NCBI GenBank assembly: GCA_022793995.1
Contig: JAAWDY010000011.1
Coordinates: 49,596-113,595 of the forward strand
Length of the DNA stretch: 64,000 nt
From: Coprococcus sp.
GTDB taxonomy: Bacteria; Bacillota; Clostridia; Lachnospirales; Lachnospiraceae
Direction: 5' to 3'
A program made the translations under genes and the position numbers. The notes under the pieces were generated by a model. The model was not told the origin of the DNA. It worked only from the letters and a program-made list of their open reading frames with translations, and made no database searches. Shown one piece after another: positions 47,285 to 58,461 of this stretch (the first letter of the stretch is position 1; every line of letters starts with the position of its first letter).

Positions 47285-48568
47285 ATGAGCAATTATAAGA
47301 TAGAGACAAAGTGTGTTCAGTCCGGCTATACGCCGAAGAACGGGGAGGCAAGGGTGCTCCCAATCTACCAGAGCACAACGTTCAAATATGACGACAGTGA
47401 CGAGATGGGGAAACTCTTTGATTTGGAGAAAGAAGGATATTTCTACACCAGGCTGCAGAACCCGACCAATGATGCAGTGGCGGCGAAAATCTGCGATATG
47501 GAGGGCGGCGCCGCGGCGATGCTGACGTCCTCTGGACAGGCGGCGAATTTTTATGCTGTTATGAATATTGCGGAAGCGGGAAGCCATATCATCTGTTCGT
47601 CAGCGGTGTACGGCGGTACATATAATTTGTATGCGCATACGATACGCAAGATGGGGATCGAGGCGACGTTTATTGATCCAGACTGCACAAAGGAAGAGCT
47701 GGACGCTGCTTTTAAGGAGAACACAAAAGCGGTGGTCGGAGAGACGATCGCGAATCCGGCCCTTACGGTACTTGACATTGAGAAATTTGCCGAGGCAGCG
47801 CATGCGCACGGTGTTCCCCTTATCATTGACAATACATTTGCAACGCCGGTCAACTGCCGTCCCATTGAGTGGGGCGCCGATATCGTGACACATTCTACGA
47901 CAAAGTATATGGATGGACATGCCGCCTGTGTCGGAGGAGCCATTGTTGACAGCGGCAATTTCGACTGGACAAAGTATCCTGATAAGTTTCCTGGGCTTAC
48001 CACGCCGGATGAGACATATCATGGACTGATCTATACGGAGCGATTCGGAAAGGCCGCTTACATCACAAAGGCTACGGCACAGATGATGAGGGATCTGGGT
48101 TCGATTCAGTCGCCCCAGAATGCATTTCTCCTCAATATCGGGCTGGAAACGCTTCATCTGAGGATGCCGCGCCATTGTGAGAATGCGAGAAAAGCTGCCG
48201 AGTATCTGAAAAACAACGGGAAAGTGGCATGGGTAAGATGTCCGGAGCTGGAAGGCGATACATATTATGACCTGGCTCAAAAATATATGCCAAACGGTAC
48301 CTGCGGCGTGATTACGTTCGGCTTAAAAGGCGGACGCGACGCTGCGGTAAGGATGATGGACAGTCTCAAAATGATCGCCATTGTAACGCATGTTGCGGAT
48401 GCAAGAAGCTGTGTGCTTCATCCGGCAAGCCATACGCACCGGCAGATGAACGACAAGGAACTTCTGGAAGCAGGCGTACAGCCGGATCTGATCCGATTCA
48501 GTGTGGGAATCGAGAACATTGACGATATTATCGCAGATCTTAGGCAGGCGTTGGACTGCGTTGAATAG
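47285..48568 (+). CDS. metY: O-acetylhomoserine aminocarboxypropyltransferase / sulfhydrylase (Cys/Met-metabolism PLP enzyme)
   Basis: PIYQSTTF, YTRLQNPT, SSGQAA, and STTKYMDGH (PLP-Lys) motifs. 427 aa. Confidence 0.88.
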   Translation: MSNYKIETKCVQSGYTPKNGEARVLPIYQSTTFKYDDSDEMGKLFDLEKEGYFYTRLQNPTNDAVAAKICDMEGGAAAMLTSSGQAANFYAVMNIAEAGSHIICSSAVYGGTYNLYAHTIRKMGIEATFIDPDCTKEELDAAFKENTKAVVGETIANPALTVLDIEKFAEAAHAHGVPLIIDNTFATPVNCRPIEWGADIVTHSTTKYMDGHAACVGGAIVDSGNFDWTKYPDKFPGLTTPDETYHGLIYTERFGKAAYITKATAQMMRDLGSIQSPQNAFLLNIGLETLHLRMPRHCENARKAAEYLKNNGKVAWVRCPELEGDTYYDLAQKYMPNGTCGVITFGLKGGRDAAVRMMDSLKMIAIVTHVADARSCVLHPASHTHRQMNDKELLEAGVQPDLIRFSVGIENIDDIIADLRQALDCVE

Positions 48569-48600
48569 GATTTTACAGTTCTAAGTGATATAAGGCAAAA

Positions 48601-48645
48601 AGAGAAGGTTGTTCTGCATATGGCGCAGGGCAGCCTTCTTTTTCA
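48601..48645 (+). terminator. metY terminator
   Basis: AGAGAAGGTTG ... CAGCCTTCT stem followed by TTTTT. Confidence 0.65.
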
Positions 48646-48754
48646 AATCAGATCGCATACATATTTCACAACTGTCTACACATACTAAACATACCGGATG
48701 ATGCCAGGATCAAAAGGTGTGGACTTATTAAATACAGCAGAAAGGAAAAAGAAC

Positions 48755-49555
48755 ATGATATATGACGACAGTGATGTGAAAGAATATAAGATACGGAAAA
48801 GACGGCAGACCACGGATGCGGGGCAAGTAATGGAAATGTACCGCAATGCGGCGAAAGGCCAGGGCGATAAGACACAAAAAGAGGAGGAGCAGAAAAATCT
48901 TTCTGAGGAAGACAGCCATATCAAAGAGATGGGCGCGCTTCCTCTGGAGGGAAAGGGGAAGCATAAGATCGAGCTTCTTACCATCATCGGTGAAGTGGAG
49001 GGGCATGAGGCGGTAGCCGGAAACACGAAGGCAACCAAGTACGAGCATCTTCTTCCCAAGCTTGCACAGATTGAGAACAGTGAAGAGGTGGACGGCGTGT
49101 TGATTCTGCTCAATACACTGGGCGGCGATGTGGAAGCAGGGCTTGCCATTGCGGAGATGATCGCGTCTTTAAGTAAGCCGACCGTATCCCTGGTACTAGG
49201 GGGATGCCACTCTATAGGAGGGCCGCTTGCAGTGTCGGCAGATTATTCTTTCATTGTGCCAAGCGGGACCATGATCATCCACCCGGTCCGTTCCAACGGG
49301 ATGTTCATCGGTGTGATTCAAAGCCTGCGCAATATGGAGAAGACGCAGGACCGGATCACAAGTTTCCTTGCAGATCATTCAGGGATGTCCAAAGAGCGGA
49401 TCGAGGAACTGATGCTGGATTCAACCCAGCTGGTTAAAGACGTAGGGACTATGTTGGAAGGAAAAGACGCAGTCCATGAAGGACTAATCAACGAGGTGGG
49501 CGGAATCAGCAACGCGCTGGATAAGCTCCATGAAATGATCGATGAAAAAAATTAA
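48755..49555 (+). CDS. tepA: TepA-like ClpP-fold protein (translocation-enhancing protein / SDH-family Clp-fold peptidase)
   Basis: IIGEVEGH...TKYEHLLPKLAQIE...LNTLGGDVEAGLAIAEMIASLSKPTVSLVLGG.HSIG closely parallels the remembered B. subtilis TepA. Lies upstream of ftsK. Start uncertain (48698 or 48755). Confidence 0.8.
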   Translation: MIYDDSDVKEYKIRKRRQTTDAGQVMEMYRNAAKGQGDKTQKEEEQKNLSEEDSHIKEMGALPLEGKGKHKIELLTIIGEVEGHEAVAGNTKATKYEHLLPKLAQIENSEEVDGVLILLNTLGGDVEAGLAIAEMIASLSKPTVSLVLGGCHSIGGPLAVSADYSFIVPSGTMIIHPVRSNGMFIGVIQSLRNMEKTQDRITSFLADHSGMSKERIEELMLDSTQLVKDVGTMLEGKDAVHEGLINEVGGISNALDKLHEMIDEKN

Positions 49556-49578
49556 TTGATGACAGCGACTTCTTTCGA

Positions 49579-49587
49579 TGCTATAAT
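49579..49587 (+). promoter_or_regulatory. Extended -10 element upstream of ftsK
   Basis: TGcTATAAT. No well-spaced -35 element. Confidence 0.35.
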
Positions 49588-49644
49588 AGCATAGTATGAC
49601 TAGGACTGTTTTGAGGGGAACAGATTCAAATAGGGGGAAGTTTT

Positions 49645-52194
49645 ATGGCATCAAGATCAGATAATAAAAGGAAAGCTGCCAGGAGAGGGAATGCCAGAAG
49701 CGTAAAGAACGCAGGGACCGCAAAGAAAGCAAGCGCCTCCGGCAAATCCCGCGATCGTTTCCTTGCGGCGGAGATTACCATTTGGGTATCGCTTGCACTT
49801 TGCATTTTTCTGACAATCAGCAATTTTGGAATGGCAGGTTTTGTCGGGAATGTGATTGCGGGGTTTATGCACAAATTGTTCGGGTGGATGGCATATATCG
49901 TGCCGATCATCCTGTTTTGCGGAGTTGCCTTTATGATCTCGAACAAAGGAAATTCCGCGGCATACATAAAGACAGCTGCCGGGGGATTTCTGACCGTTTT
50001 GCTCTGTGTCATGCTGCAGCTTATCGACGAAAAAGGCGGAAGTCTCGGGGGCGTGATCGTAGATTTCATGACGCCGGCCGCCGGAGTGCTGGGGACTTAT
50101 GTCATCACAGTTATCTGTATGATTATTTGCGTCGTGCTTATCACAGAGAAATCAATTCTGAGCAGTATGAAAAAGGGCGGCGCGAAGGCTTACGACAGGG
50201 CAAAAGAGGATATGCAGCGCCATCGGGAAACGGTAAAGGAGCGAAAACTAAGCCAGGAGAGCAGGCCGCTTAAACGTGCGGACCATCAGGTATCCGGCGT
50301 CTCCTTTGACACGGCTTTGGAGAGAAAAGAGGATATGGCGGCAGAGCCCCTTCCGAAGAAGAGTACAAGAAGCCGCTCAAAGGTAAAGACGGGCGAAGTG
50401 CCTGGCGAAAATATAGCCGCACCGGTAGTAGAACCTGCCGTAGCTGCGATTCAGGAACCTGAAAAAGAAATGTCCGCGGAAAATGTAACAATCAACCGGG
50501 CAATGCCGCTTTCCGCGAAAGAACTGATTCCAGAGCCAGAGGAGGAGACCAGGGCAGAGGGAGTGTTCGAGAGGGAACTTGAAAAGGAATTAGAGGAAGC
50601 ATTTGAGAGAGAGAATGCAGCAGAGGCGCAGCCGACAAAAGACCTGCCGGAGATACCGGAATCCTTAGAGGATGGCGTGGGAAAGGCAGCGTCGCCTGCC
50701 GAAAAGAAAGTGATAAAAAAACCAAAGGAATATCGGTTCCCGCCCATGAACCTTCTTACAAAAGGCAGGAAAGAAGGCGGAGATTCCGATGCACATTTGC
50801 GTGAGACGGCCATGAAGCTGCAGAAGACTCTGCAGACGTTCGGCGTCAATGTGACAATGACGAATATAAGCTGTGGACCTTCAGTCACACGGTTCGAGCT
50901 TCAGCCGGAGATGGGAGTGAAGGTGAGCAAGATCGTCGGGCTTGCGGACGACATCAAGCTGAACCTGGCGGCGGAGGATATTCGGATCGAGGCTCCGATT
51001 CCGGGCAAGGCGGCGGTCGGGATCGAGGTGCCGAATAAGAAGACCTCGCCCGTCATGCTGCGGGAACTGCTGGAGTCCGCAGAATTTAAACAAAATAAAT
51101 CAAAGCTGTCGTTTGCCACCGGGCGGGACATCGAAGGGAAAGTGGTGGTATCCGATATTGGGAAAATGCCGCATCTTCTGGTGGCTGGGTCAACCGGTTC
51201 GGGGAAATCGGTGTGTATCAACACCCTTATCATGAGCATTTTGTATAAGGCAAAGCCGGATGAGGTCAAGCTGATCATGGTAGACCCGAAGGTGGTGGAG
51301 TTAAGTGTATATAACGGAATCCCGCATCTGATGATCCCGGTCGTGACGGATCCGAAGAAAGCGGCGGGAGCGCTGAATTGGGCTGTGGCGGAGATGGATA
51401 AACGCTACCGGCTGTTTGCAGAATACAATGTACGTGACCTGAAGAGCTACAATGAGAAAGTGGAAGGCATTGCGGATATCGAAGACCCGGAAAAACCGGA
51501 AAAGCTGCCGCAGATTGTAATCATTGTCGATGAGTTTGCTGACCTGATGATGGTAGCTCCCGGGGATGTGGAGGACGCGGTCTGCCGTCTGGCACAGCTT
51601 GCCAGGGCGGCTGGGCTCCATCTGGTCCTGGCGACCCAGCGGCCCACGGTCAATGTCATAACCGGTTTGATTAAGGCGAACATGCCGTCAAGGATTGCGT
51701 TCTCTGTTTCTTCGGGTACTGATTCCAGGACGATCATTGACATGAATGGAGCGGAGAAGCTGCTCGGAAAAGGGGACATGCTTTTCTATCCGGCGGGGTA
51801 TCCGAAGCCGGTCCGTGTCCAGGGGGCGTTTGTCTCGGATGAGGAAGTACAGAAAGTAGTTTCTTACCTGAAAGAGCACAGCGAGGACGTGGCATACAGC
51901 GAGGAGATACAGAGCCAGGTAAATACCGGTATCAGCGCCGCGCCAGCAGCAGCCGGGGATGCGCCGGGGGATAAAGACGCGTATTTTGTAGAAGCAGGAA
52001 AGTTCATCATTGAGAAAGAAAAAGCTTCGATCGGAATGCTGCAGAGAATGTTCAAGATCGGATTCAACCGGGCGGCAAGGATCATGGATCAGCTTGCGGA
52101 CGCCGGGGTCGTCGGAGAAGAAGAAGGGACGAAGCCAAGGAAGGTATTAATGTCAATGGAAGAATTTGAACACTATATAGAGGAATGCTTATAA
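49645..52194 (+). CDS. ftsK: DNA translocase FtsK/SpoIIIE
   Basis: N-terminal TM segments, a Pro/Glu-rich linker, motor-domain Walker A GSTGSGKS, Walker [12 protein letters not shown], and a C-terminal gamma wHTH. Confidence 0.95.
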   Translation: MASRSDNKRKAARRGNARSVKNAGTAKKASASGKSRDRFLAAEITIWVSLALCIFLTISNFGMAGFVGNVIAGFMHKLFGWMAYIVPIILFCGVAFMISNKGNSAAYIKTAAGGFLTVLLCVMLQLIDEKGGSLGGVIVDFMTPAAGVLGTYVITVICMIICVVLITEKSILSSMKKGGAKAYDRAKEDMQRHRETVKERKLSQESRPLKRADHQVSGVSFDTALERKEDMAAEPLPKKSTRSRSKVKTGEVPGENIAAPVVEPAVAAIQEPEKEMSAENVTINRAMPLSAKELIPEPEEETRAEGVFERELEKELEEAFERENAAEAQPTKDLPEIPESLEDGVGKAASPAEKKVIKKPKEYRFPPMNLLTKGRKEGGDSDAHLRETAMKLQKTLQTFGVNVTMTNISCGPSVTRFELQPEMGVKVSKIVGLADDIKLNLAAEDIRIEAPIPGKAAVGIEVPNKKTSPVMLRELLESAEFKQNKSKLSFATGRDIEGKVVVSDIGKMPHLLVAGSTGSGKSVCINTLIMSILYKAKPDEVKLIMVDPKVVELSVYNGIPHLMIPVVTDPKKAAGALNWAVAEMDKRYRLFAEYNVRDLKSYNEKVEGIADIEDPEKPEKLPQIVIIVDEFADLMMVAPGDVEDAVCRLAQLARAAGLHLVLATQRPTVNVITGLIKANMPSRIAFSVSSGTDSRTIIDMNGAEKLLGKGDMLFYPAGYPKPVRVQGAFVSDEEVQKVVSYLKEHSEDVAYSEEIQSQVNTGISAAPAAAGDAPGDKDAYFVEAGKFIIEKEKASIGMLQRMFKIGFNRAARIMDQLADAGVVGEEEGTKPRKVLMSMEEFEHYIEECL

Positions 52195-52216
52195 GAAGAA
52201 AGGAGATTCCAGGGAA

Positions 52217-53884
52217 ATGAAAACAGACATTCAGATTGCACAAGAATCAAAAATGGCACACATTAAAGAGGTGGCCGCTTCCATCGGGATCCAGGAAGAG
52301 GATCTGGAATATTATGGAAAGTACAAGGCCAAGCTTTCCGATGAGCTTTGGGATAAGATCAAGGACCGTCCGGATGGAAAGCTCGTGCTTGTGACAGCGA
52401 TCAACCCGACGCCGGCTGGAGAAGGAAAGACTACGACCACAGTAGGACTAGGGCAGGCGATGGCGAAACTGAATAAAAAGGCCATAATCGCTCTGCGCGA
52501 GCCGTCGCTGGGCCCCTGCTTTGGCATCAAAGGAGGTGCCGCCGGAGGCGGATACGCCCAAGTCGTGCCCATGGAAGACTTGAACCTGCACTTTACAGGT
52601 GATTTTCATGCGATCACTTCTGCCAATAATCTGCTGGCGGCGATGCTGGACAACCATATCCAGCAGGGGAACGTCCTACAGATCGACCCCAGGCAGGTGG
52701 TATGGAAACGATGCCTGGATATGAATGACAGGTCGCTTCGGAATATCGTGGTTGGTCTGGGAAGAAAATCCGACGGCATGGTAAGAGAAGACCATTTTGT
52801 CATTACGGTCGCGTCCGAGATCATGGCGATCCTTTGCCTTGCGGACGACCTCGAGGATTTAAAACGCCGTCTGGGACAGATCATCGTTGCTTATACATTT
52901 TCCGGAGAGCCGGTCACAGCGGATCAGATCCATGCAACCGGTTCTATGACAGCTCTTTTAAAGGACGCCATCAAGCCGAACCTGATTCAGACTTTGGAGC
53001 ATACGCCGGCGCTGGTGCACGGCGGACCTTTTGCCAACATCGCCCACGGATGCAACAGCGTGCGTGCGACAAAGATGGCGCTTAAGTTGAGCGATATCAC
53101 CATCACGGAGGCAGGTTTCGGCGCAGACTTAGGCGCGGAAAAGTTTATGGATATCAAGTGCCGTAAGGCAGGCTTAAAGCCGGACGCTGTCGTTCTGGTT
53201 GCAACGGTCCGTGCTTTGAAGTATAATGGCGGTGTGGCGAAACAGGATCTTGGGGAGGAGAACCTGGAGGCGCTGGCAAAGGGAATCGTGAATCTGGAGA
53301 AGCACATCGAGAATGTGCAGAAGTATGATGTTCCCGTAGTGGTGACGCTGAATTCATTTGTCACAGATACAGAGGAAGAATATCAGTTTGTACGTAGATT
53401 CTGTGAAGAAAAAGGCTGCGAGTTTGCTTTGTCCCGGGTTTGGGAGAAAGGCGGAGAAGGCGGCGTCGAGCTGGCGAAAAAGGTTCTGGATACATTAGAG
53501 AACAAGGAGAGCCATTTCCATCCGCTTTATAAAGACGAACTGTCACTGAAAGAAAAAATCGAGACAATCGCAAAGGAAATCTACGGCGCCGACGGCGTTG
53601 TATACGAAGCGGCTGCCGCAAAGCAGCTTGCAAAAATAGAAGAGATGGGATTCGGAAATCTTCCGGTCTGTATGGCTAAAAATCAATACTCTCTGTCAGA
53701 TGATGAAAAGCTCTTAGGAAGACCGAAGAATTTTGATATCCACATCCGGGAAGTCTATGTCAGCGCGGGAGCAGGTTTCGTCGTCGCGTTAACCGGCGCC
53801 GTTATGACGATGCCGGGGCTTCCGAAAGTTCCGGCGGCCGACAGGATCGATGTGGTGGAGGGGAAAATCACCGGACTGTTCTAA
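52217..53884 (+). CDS. fhs: Formate--tetrahydrofolate ligase
   Basis: [14 protein letters not shown] and [21 protein letters not shown] signatures. 555 aa. Confidence 0.96.
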   Translation: MKTDIQIAQESKMAHIKEVAASIGIQEEDLEYYGKYKAKLSDELWDKIKDRPDGKLVLVTAINPTPAGEGKTTTTVGLGQAMAKLNKKAIIALREPSLGPCFGIKGGAAGGGYAQVVPMEDLNLHFTGDFHAITSANNLLAAMLDNHIQQGNVLQIDPRQVVWKRCLDMNDRSLRNIVVGLGRKSDGMVREDHFVITVASEIMAILCLADDLEDLKRRLGQIIVAYTFSGEPVTADQIHATGSMTALLKDAIKPNLIQTLEHTPALVHGGPFANIAHGCNSVRATKMALKLSDITITEAGFGADLGAEKFMDIKCRKAGLKPDAVVLVATVRALKYNGGVAKQDLGEENLEALAKGIVNLEKHIENVQKYDVPVVVTLNSFVTDTEEEYQFVRRFCEEKGCEFALSRVWEKGGEGGVELAKKVLDTLENKESHFHPLYKDELSLKEKIETIAKEIYGADGVVYEAAAAKQLAKIEEMGFGNLPVCMAKNQYSLSDDEKLLGRPKNFDIHIREVYVSAGAGFVVALTGAVMTMPGLPKVPAADRIDVVEGKITGLF

Positions 53885-53930
53885 GGCCAAAGGGAAGGAC
53901 GCGCCGCAAAAAGCGCGTTATGTTGGGGAG

Positions 53931-53948
53931 TTATACCCATGGGTATAA
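53931..53948. promoter_or_regulatory. Perfect 18-bp palindrome overlapping a TATAAT hexamer
   Basis: TTATACCCATGGGTATAA. TATAAT lies at 53944-53949, 23 nt upstream of the next ATG. Confidence 0.4.
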
Positions 53949-53971
53949 TAATAGGGAGGAGTTAAAAAATA

Positions 53972-55315
53972 ATGAAATGCATGAACTGTGGAACCCAAAT
54001 TCCTGATGGACGGGTGCGCTGCCCTAGATGTGGTCAGGAAGTACAGATCGTGCCTGATTATAATCCGCTGGATGAGATGCTGACAGCGCAGGTCAAAGGG
54101 GCTGTCAGCGAGACTCTCCGTATCGACCTGGAGAATCGGAAAAAGGGACAATACGCTGCTAAAAGGAACCGGACCGGACGGGAAGACGCGCCGCCAAAAA
54201 GACAGCCATCGCCAAGGCCAAGAAGGCAGGAACAGACAGGACTGTCGGTGCCGAGAATGGAAAGAAGTACGCAGGGGAAAAGCGGACAAGCAAAGAACGG
54301 GCATAGCCAGAACAACGGACAGAAGACAGGACATATTTCGCCTGAGGAGCGGGAAAGACGGCGCAGACAGGCGGAAAAGAAACGGATGAAGGCAAAGCGT
54401 AGAAGAAGGAAGCTGCTTCTTCTTATGGGAACCTTTGTGGCAATATGTGTCGCCGTAGGATATATGTTTTACCAAAATTCTTACGCCGGACTGATGAAAA
54501 AGGGGAACGAAGCCCTTAAGTCCGGAGAATATATGGACGCGGCCGAATATTTTGAAAAAGCCATCTCAAAAGGCCCGAAGAGAAGTGACGCGTATTCGGG
54601 TCTGTCGAAGGTGTATCTTGCGCAGGATGATCTGGAAAAGGCAGAAGAGGTATTCCGAAACGCGATTGCGGGGAAGTCTTCTAATACAGAGATCTACCGC
54701 GCGGCCGTGCAGTTTTATCTGGATACGGATCAAGTGGAGAAAGTGACAACGCTTTTGGAGGAATGTCCTGATAAAAGTATCGTGGAAGCCCTGGATGAGT
54801 TTGTCTCCAGAGAACCGAAGTTCAGCCTGGACGACAAGACAGAATATGACGATATCCAGGCGCTTGAACTCTCAGGAAGCGGAAAAGAGATCTACTATAC
54901 AACAGATGGAACGGATCCGACGACTTCCAGCACTTTATATACGGAACCGATCCGGCTGGAGGAAGGCGAGACGGAAGTAAGGGCAATTTCCGTTAATGCG
55001 AAAGGGATCCCTAGCCTTGTCGTCAAAAAAACATATACCGTAGCGTTTCCCATCGAGGACGCCCCTTCGGTCACGCCGTCCACAGGGCAGTATGAGGATG
55101 AACAGATGATCGAGGTGGTTGTGCCGGATAATTATGAGGCATATTACACAACGGACGGTTCGGATCCAGGACCGAACGCGCCGACTGGACAGAAGTATAC
55201 AGGACCCATCCCGATGCCAAAAGGGAACACGATTTTCAGTGTTGTTTTGGCGGATCAGAAAGGGCGCCTCAGCGACGTCACAAAGAGAAATTATGAACGG
55301 GTTGATTCTGAATGA
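53972..55315 (+). CDS. Membrane-anchored protein: N-terminal zinc ribbon, basic linker, one TM, TPR repeats, two chitobiase/Fn3-associated-like C-terminal modules
   Basis: MKCMNCGTQIPDGRVRCPRCG; TM LLLLMGTFVAICVAVGYMFY; TPR-like GNEALKSGEYMDAAEYFEKAI; IYYTTDGTDPT and AYYTTDGSDPG motifs. Confidence 0.7.
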   Translation: MKCMNCGTQIPDGRVRCPRCGQEVQIVPDYNPLDEMLTAQVKGAVSETLRIDLENRKKGQYAAKRNRTGREDAPPKRQPSPRPRRQEQTGLSVPRMERSTQGKSGQAKNGHSQNNGQKTGHISPEERERRRRQAEKKRMKAKRRRRKLLLLMGTFVAICVAVGYMFYQNSYAGLMKKGNEALKSGEYMDAAEYFEKAISKGPKRSDAYSGLSKVYLAQDDLEKAEEVFRNAIAGKSSNTEIYRAAVQFYLDTDQVEKVTTLLEECPDKSIVEALDEFVSREPKFSLDDKTEYDDIQALELSGSGKEIYYTTDGTDPTTSSTLYTEPIRLEEGETEVRAISVNAKGIPSLVVKKTYTVAFPIEDAPSVTPSTGQYEDEQMIEVVVPDNYEAYYTTDGSDPGPNAPTGQKYTGPIPMPKGNTIFSVVLADQKGRLSDVTKRNYERVDSE

Positions 55316-55343
55316 TTCCTGTCGGAAAGACTTGATATTTGTT

Positions 55344-55359
55344 TGATAATCATTTATCA
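55344..55359. promoter_or_regulatory. Fur-family-box-like inverted repeat upstream of nfnA
   Basis: TGATAATCATTTATCA versus the 7-1-7 TGATAATnATTATCA; it has one extra T. Confidence 0.25.
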
Positions 55360-55392
55360 TATAGGAAGTAAAATATTTTAGGAGGCAAAGGA

Positions 55393-56280
55393 ATGTACAA
55401 AATAAGAAAAGCCGAAAAACTGGCAGACAAAATTTTTCTTATGGATGTAGAGGCTCCTCGTGTTGCGAAGCATTGTGAACCGGGGCAGTTCGTAATCGTG
55501 AAGATGGATGACAAAGGCGAGAGGATCCCTCTTACAATCTGTGACTATGACAAGGAAGAGGGAACGGTTACGATCGTATTCCAGAGTGTCGGGGCGTCGA
55601 CAGAGAAGATGGCGTACTTAAAGGAAGGAGATTACTTCCGCGATTTTACAGGACCGCTTGGATGTCCTTCCGAATTTGTTTCAGAGGACTTGGAGAGCCT
55701 GAAGCAGAAGAAAATCCTGTTCGTGGCAGGCGGCGTCGGGGCTGCACCTGTTTATCCGCAGGTAAAGTGGATGAGAGCGCATGGGATTGACGTGGACGTC
55801 ATCGTAGGCGCGAAGACAAAGGACATGCTGATTCTTGAGGATGAGATGAAAGCGGTTGCAGGCAACTATTATCCATGTACGGACGACGGCTCTTATGGGC
55901 ATGCTGGGATGGTGACGACGAAAGTCGAGAAGCTGGTAGAAGAAGGAAACAAATACGACTTATGTGTGGCGATCGGACCGATGATTATGATGAAGTTTGT
56001 CTGCCTCCTTACAAAGAAGCTGGAGATTCCTACGATCGTGAGTATGAACCCCATCATGGTTGACGGAACCGGTATGTGTGGAGCATGCCGTCTGCGTGTG
56101 GGAGACGAGATTAAGTTTGCTTGTGTAGATGGACCGGAATTTGACGGGCATCTTGTCAACTTTGATGAAGCCATGAAGAGACAGTTGATGTATAAGACTG
56201 AAGAAGGCAGGGCAATGTTGAAATTACAGGAAGGTGACACACATCACGGTGGATGCGGTCATTGTGGAGGTGACAAATAA
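55393..56280 (+). CDS. nfnA: NfnA-type subunit (PyrK-like FAD/[2Fe-2S] ferredoxin-NADP reductase small subunit)
   Basis: PyrK-like fold with RIPLTICDY and the C-terminal GTGMCGACR...C cluster. ~290 aa. TAATG junction with the GltD-like partner. Confidence 0.7.
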   Translation: MYKIRKAEKLADKIFLMDVEAPRVAKHCEPGQFVIVKMDDKGERIPLTICDYDKEEGTVTIVFQSVGASTEKMAYLKEGDYFRDFTGPLGCPSEFVSEDLESLKQKKILFVAGGVGAAPVYPQVKWMRAHGIDVDVIVGAKTKDMLILEDEMKAVAGNYYPCTDDGSYGHAGMVTTKVEKLVEEGNKYDLCVAIGPMIMMKFVCLLTKKLEIPTIVSMNPIMVDGTGMCGACRLRVGDEIKFACVDGPEFDGHLVNFDEAMKRQLMYKTEEGRAMLKLQEGDTHHGGCGHCGGDK

Positions 56281-57665
56281 TGGCAGATGTATTAAAGAAA
56301 GTACCGGTAAGGGAACAGGAGCCTCAGGTGCGTGCAGCGAATTTTGAAGAAGTATGTTATGGATACAATCAGGATGAGGCTATGGATGAGGCGACTCGCT
56401 GTATCAACTGTAAGAATGCACAGTGTATCAAAGGATGTCCGGTAGGAATCAATATTCCGGCGTTCATTCAGGAAGTAAAAGCAGGAAATATTGAAGAAGC
56501 ATACAAAGTCATCGGTCAGTCTTCCGCACTTCCGGCTGTCTGCGGACGCGTCTGCCCGCAGGAGTCCCAGTGTGAAGGAAAGTGTATCCGGGGCATCAAA
56601 GGAGAACCGGTATCCATCGGAAAACTGGAGCGTTTTGTTGCGGACTATGCATTAGAGCATGACATCAAGCCTATCGGCGCAGAGCAGAAAAACGGACATA
56701 AAGTGGCGGTGATCGGTTCCGGTCCCGCAGGACTTACCTGCGCAGGCGACCTTGCAAAGCTGGGATATGAAGTGACTGTATTCGAGGCGCTCCATGAACT
56801 GGGCGGCGTACTCGTTTATGGAATTCCAGAATTCCGACTTCCAAAGCAGAAGGTTGTTGCGAAAGAAATCGACAAAGTAAAGGAACTGGGCGTTAAATTC
56901 GAGACCAATGTGGTGATCGGAAAGTCTACCACGATCGATCAGCTTATAGAAGAAGACGGGTTTGAGGCGATCTTCATCGGTTCCGGAGCAGGACTTCCGA
57001 AATTCATGGGTATTCCAGGGGAGAATGCGAACGGTGTATTCTCTGCAAATGAATATCTGACGAGAAGTAACCTGATGAAAGCGTTTGATGATTCGTATGA
57101 TACCCCGATCGTGGCCGGCAAGAAGGTCGCTGTCGTCGGCGGTGGAAATGTGGCTATGGATGCGGCGAGAACCGCGCTTCGTCTGGGAGCGGACGTGCAC
57201 ATCGTATACCGACGCAGCGAGGAAGAGCTTCCGGCACGAGTGGAAGAAGTACATCATGCAAAGGAAGAGGGCGTAAAGTTTGATCTTCTGACGAATCCGG
57301 TTGAGATCCTGGAAGAGGACGGATGGGTGAAAGGAATCAAATGTATCCGTATGGAACTTGGCGAGCCGGACGCATCTGGCAGAAGACGCCCGGTTCCGGT
57401 TGAAGGCTCTGAGTTTGTCATTGATGTGGACACAGTCATTATGTCTCTGGGTACTTCTCCGAACCCGCTGATCTCTTCTACGACAGAAGGGCTGGAGATC
57501 AACCGCTGGAAATGTATCGTAGCGGAAGAGGAGACAGGAAAGACTTCCAAAGAAGGCGTTTACGCCGGCGGTGACGCTGTGACGGGAGCGGCTACGGTTA
57601 TTCTTGCCATGGGTGCAGGAAAGGCTGGAGCGAAAGGAATCCACGAATATCTTTCTAATCGTTAA
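56280..57665 (+). CDS. nfnB: NfnB-type subunit (GltD-like NADPH-dependent oxidoreductase with two [4Fe-4S] clusters)
   Basis: CINCKNAQCIKGCPVGINIP and CGRVCPQESQCEGKC clusters. Dinucleotide folds VAVIGSGPAGLTCA and VAVVGGGNVAMD. Confidence 0.75.
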   Translation: MADVLKKVPVREQEPQVRAANFEEVCYGYNQDEAMDEATRCINCKNAQCIKGCPVGINIPAFIQEVKAGNIEEAYKVIGQSSALPAVCGRVCPQESQCEGKCIRGIKGEPVSIGKLERFVADYALEHDIKPIGAEQKNGHKVAVIGSGPAGLTCAGDLAKLGYEVTVFEALHELGGVLVYGIPEFRLPKQKVVAKEIDKVKELGVKFETNVVIGKSTTIDQLIEEDGFEAIFIGSGAGLPKFMGIPGENANGVFSANEYLTRSNLMKAFDDSYDTPIVAGKKVAVVGGGNVAMDAARTALRLGADVHIVYRRSEEELPARVEEVHHAKEEGVKFDLLTNPVEILEEDGWVKGIKCIRMELGEPDASGRRRPVPVEGSEFVIDVDTVIMSLGTSPNPLISSTTEGLEINRWKCIVAEEETGKTSKEGVYAGGDAVTGAATVILAMGAGKAGAKGIHEYLSNR

Positions 57666-57676
57666 TCATAATGAAC

Positions 57677-57712
57677 AAAAAGGGGTTTTCGCTTTTCGGG
57701 AACCCCTTTTTC
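57677..57712 (+). terminator. nfnB terminator
   Basis: AAAAGGGGTT-ttcgcttttcggg-AACCCCTTTTT. Confidence 0.75.
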
Positions 57713-57760
57713 GTTCTTAAAAAATTACCGGACACTAATTCGGGAAGAGGAAAACAAGGT

Positions 57761-58450
57761 ATGAACGTTTTGGAAAAGGAAATAAAAGAGGAGCTTGCCG
57801 CTTTGACGGACGAAAAATACAGAGAATTTCATTCAGGCCTGTTACCAGGAATACCCAATATTATGGGAGTACGAATTCCTGCGCTCCGCAGTATTGCAAA
57901 AAAGGCTGTGAAAAAAGACTGGCAGTCTTACTTTAAAGAAGGCGGTTTTGACACCTATGAGGAAATTATGATCCGGGGAATGATGATCGGTTATGCCCGG
58001 ATGGAAACAGAAGAGAGAAAGCGGCGTCTCGACGAGTTTGTCCCCATGATTGATAATTGGGCGGTCTGCGACTGTTGCACGAGTACTTATAAATTTATGC
58101 AAAAGGATCAGGAAGAGTGGTTTTCTTATCTAGTAGGGCAGATCGGGAAAGGGACAGAATTTTCGATTCGTTTTGGAGTGGTAGCCTTAATGGATTATTA
58201 TATTCAGGAGGAATGGATTGATCGGGTGCTCGCTCTCTACGATCGTATTTCTCATGACGGTTATTACGTGAAAATGGGTGTAGCGTGGGGAGTCTCCATG
58301 TGTTATGTGAAATTTCCAGAAAAGACGAGGCGTTTCCTGGAAGACAATCATCTGGATGCGTTTACACAGAATAAATCGATTCAGAAGATACGGGAATCCT
58401 ACCGCGTCCCAAAGGAAGAAAAAGAAGCGCTGAAGCGATTGAAACGATAG
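57761..58450 (+). CDS. DNA alkylation repair protein (AlkD-like HEAT-repeat family)
   Basis: KYREFHSGLLPG...MGVRIPALRSIAK and WAVCD motifs typical of this family. Start at the internal ATG downstream of the terminator. Confidence 0.75.
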   Translation: MNVLEKEIKEELAALTDEKYREFHSGLLPGIPNIMGVRIPALRSIAKKAVKKDWQSYFKEGGFDTYEEIMIRGMMIGYARMETEERKRRLDEFVPMIDNWAVCDCCTSTYKFMQKDQEEWFSYLVGQIGKGTEFSIRFGVVALMDYYIQEEWIDRVLALYDRISHDGYYVKMGVAWGVSMCYVKFPEKTRRFLEDNHLDAFTQNKSIQKIRESYRVPKEEKEALKRLKR

Positions 58451-58461
58451 GAGGATATGTA

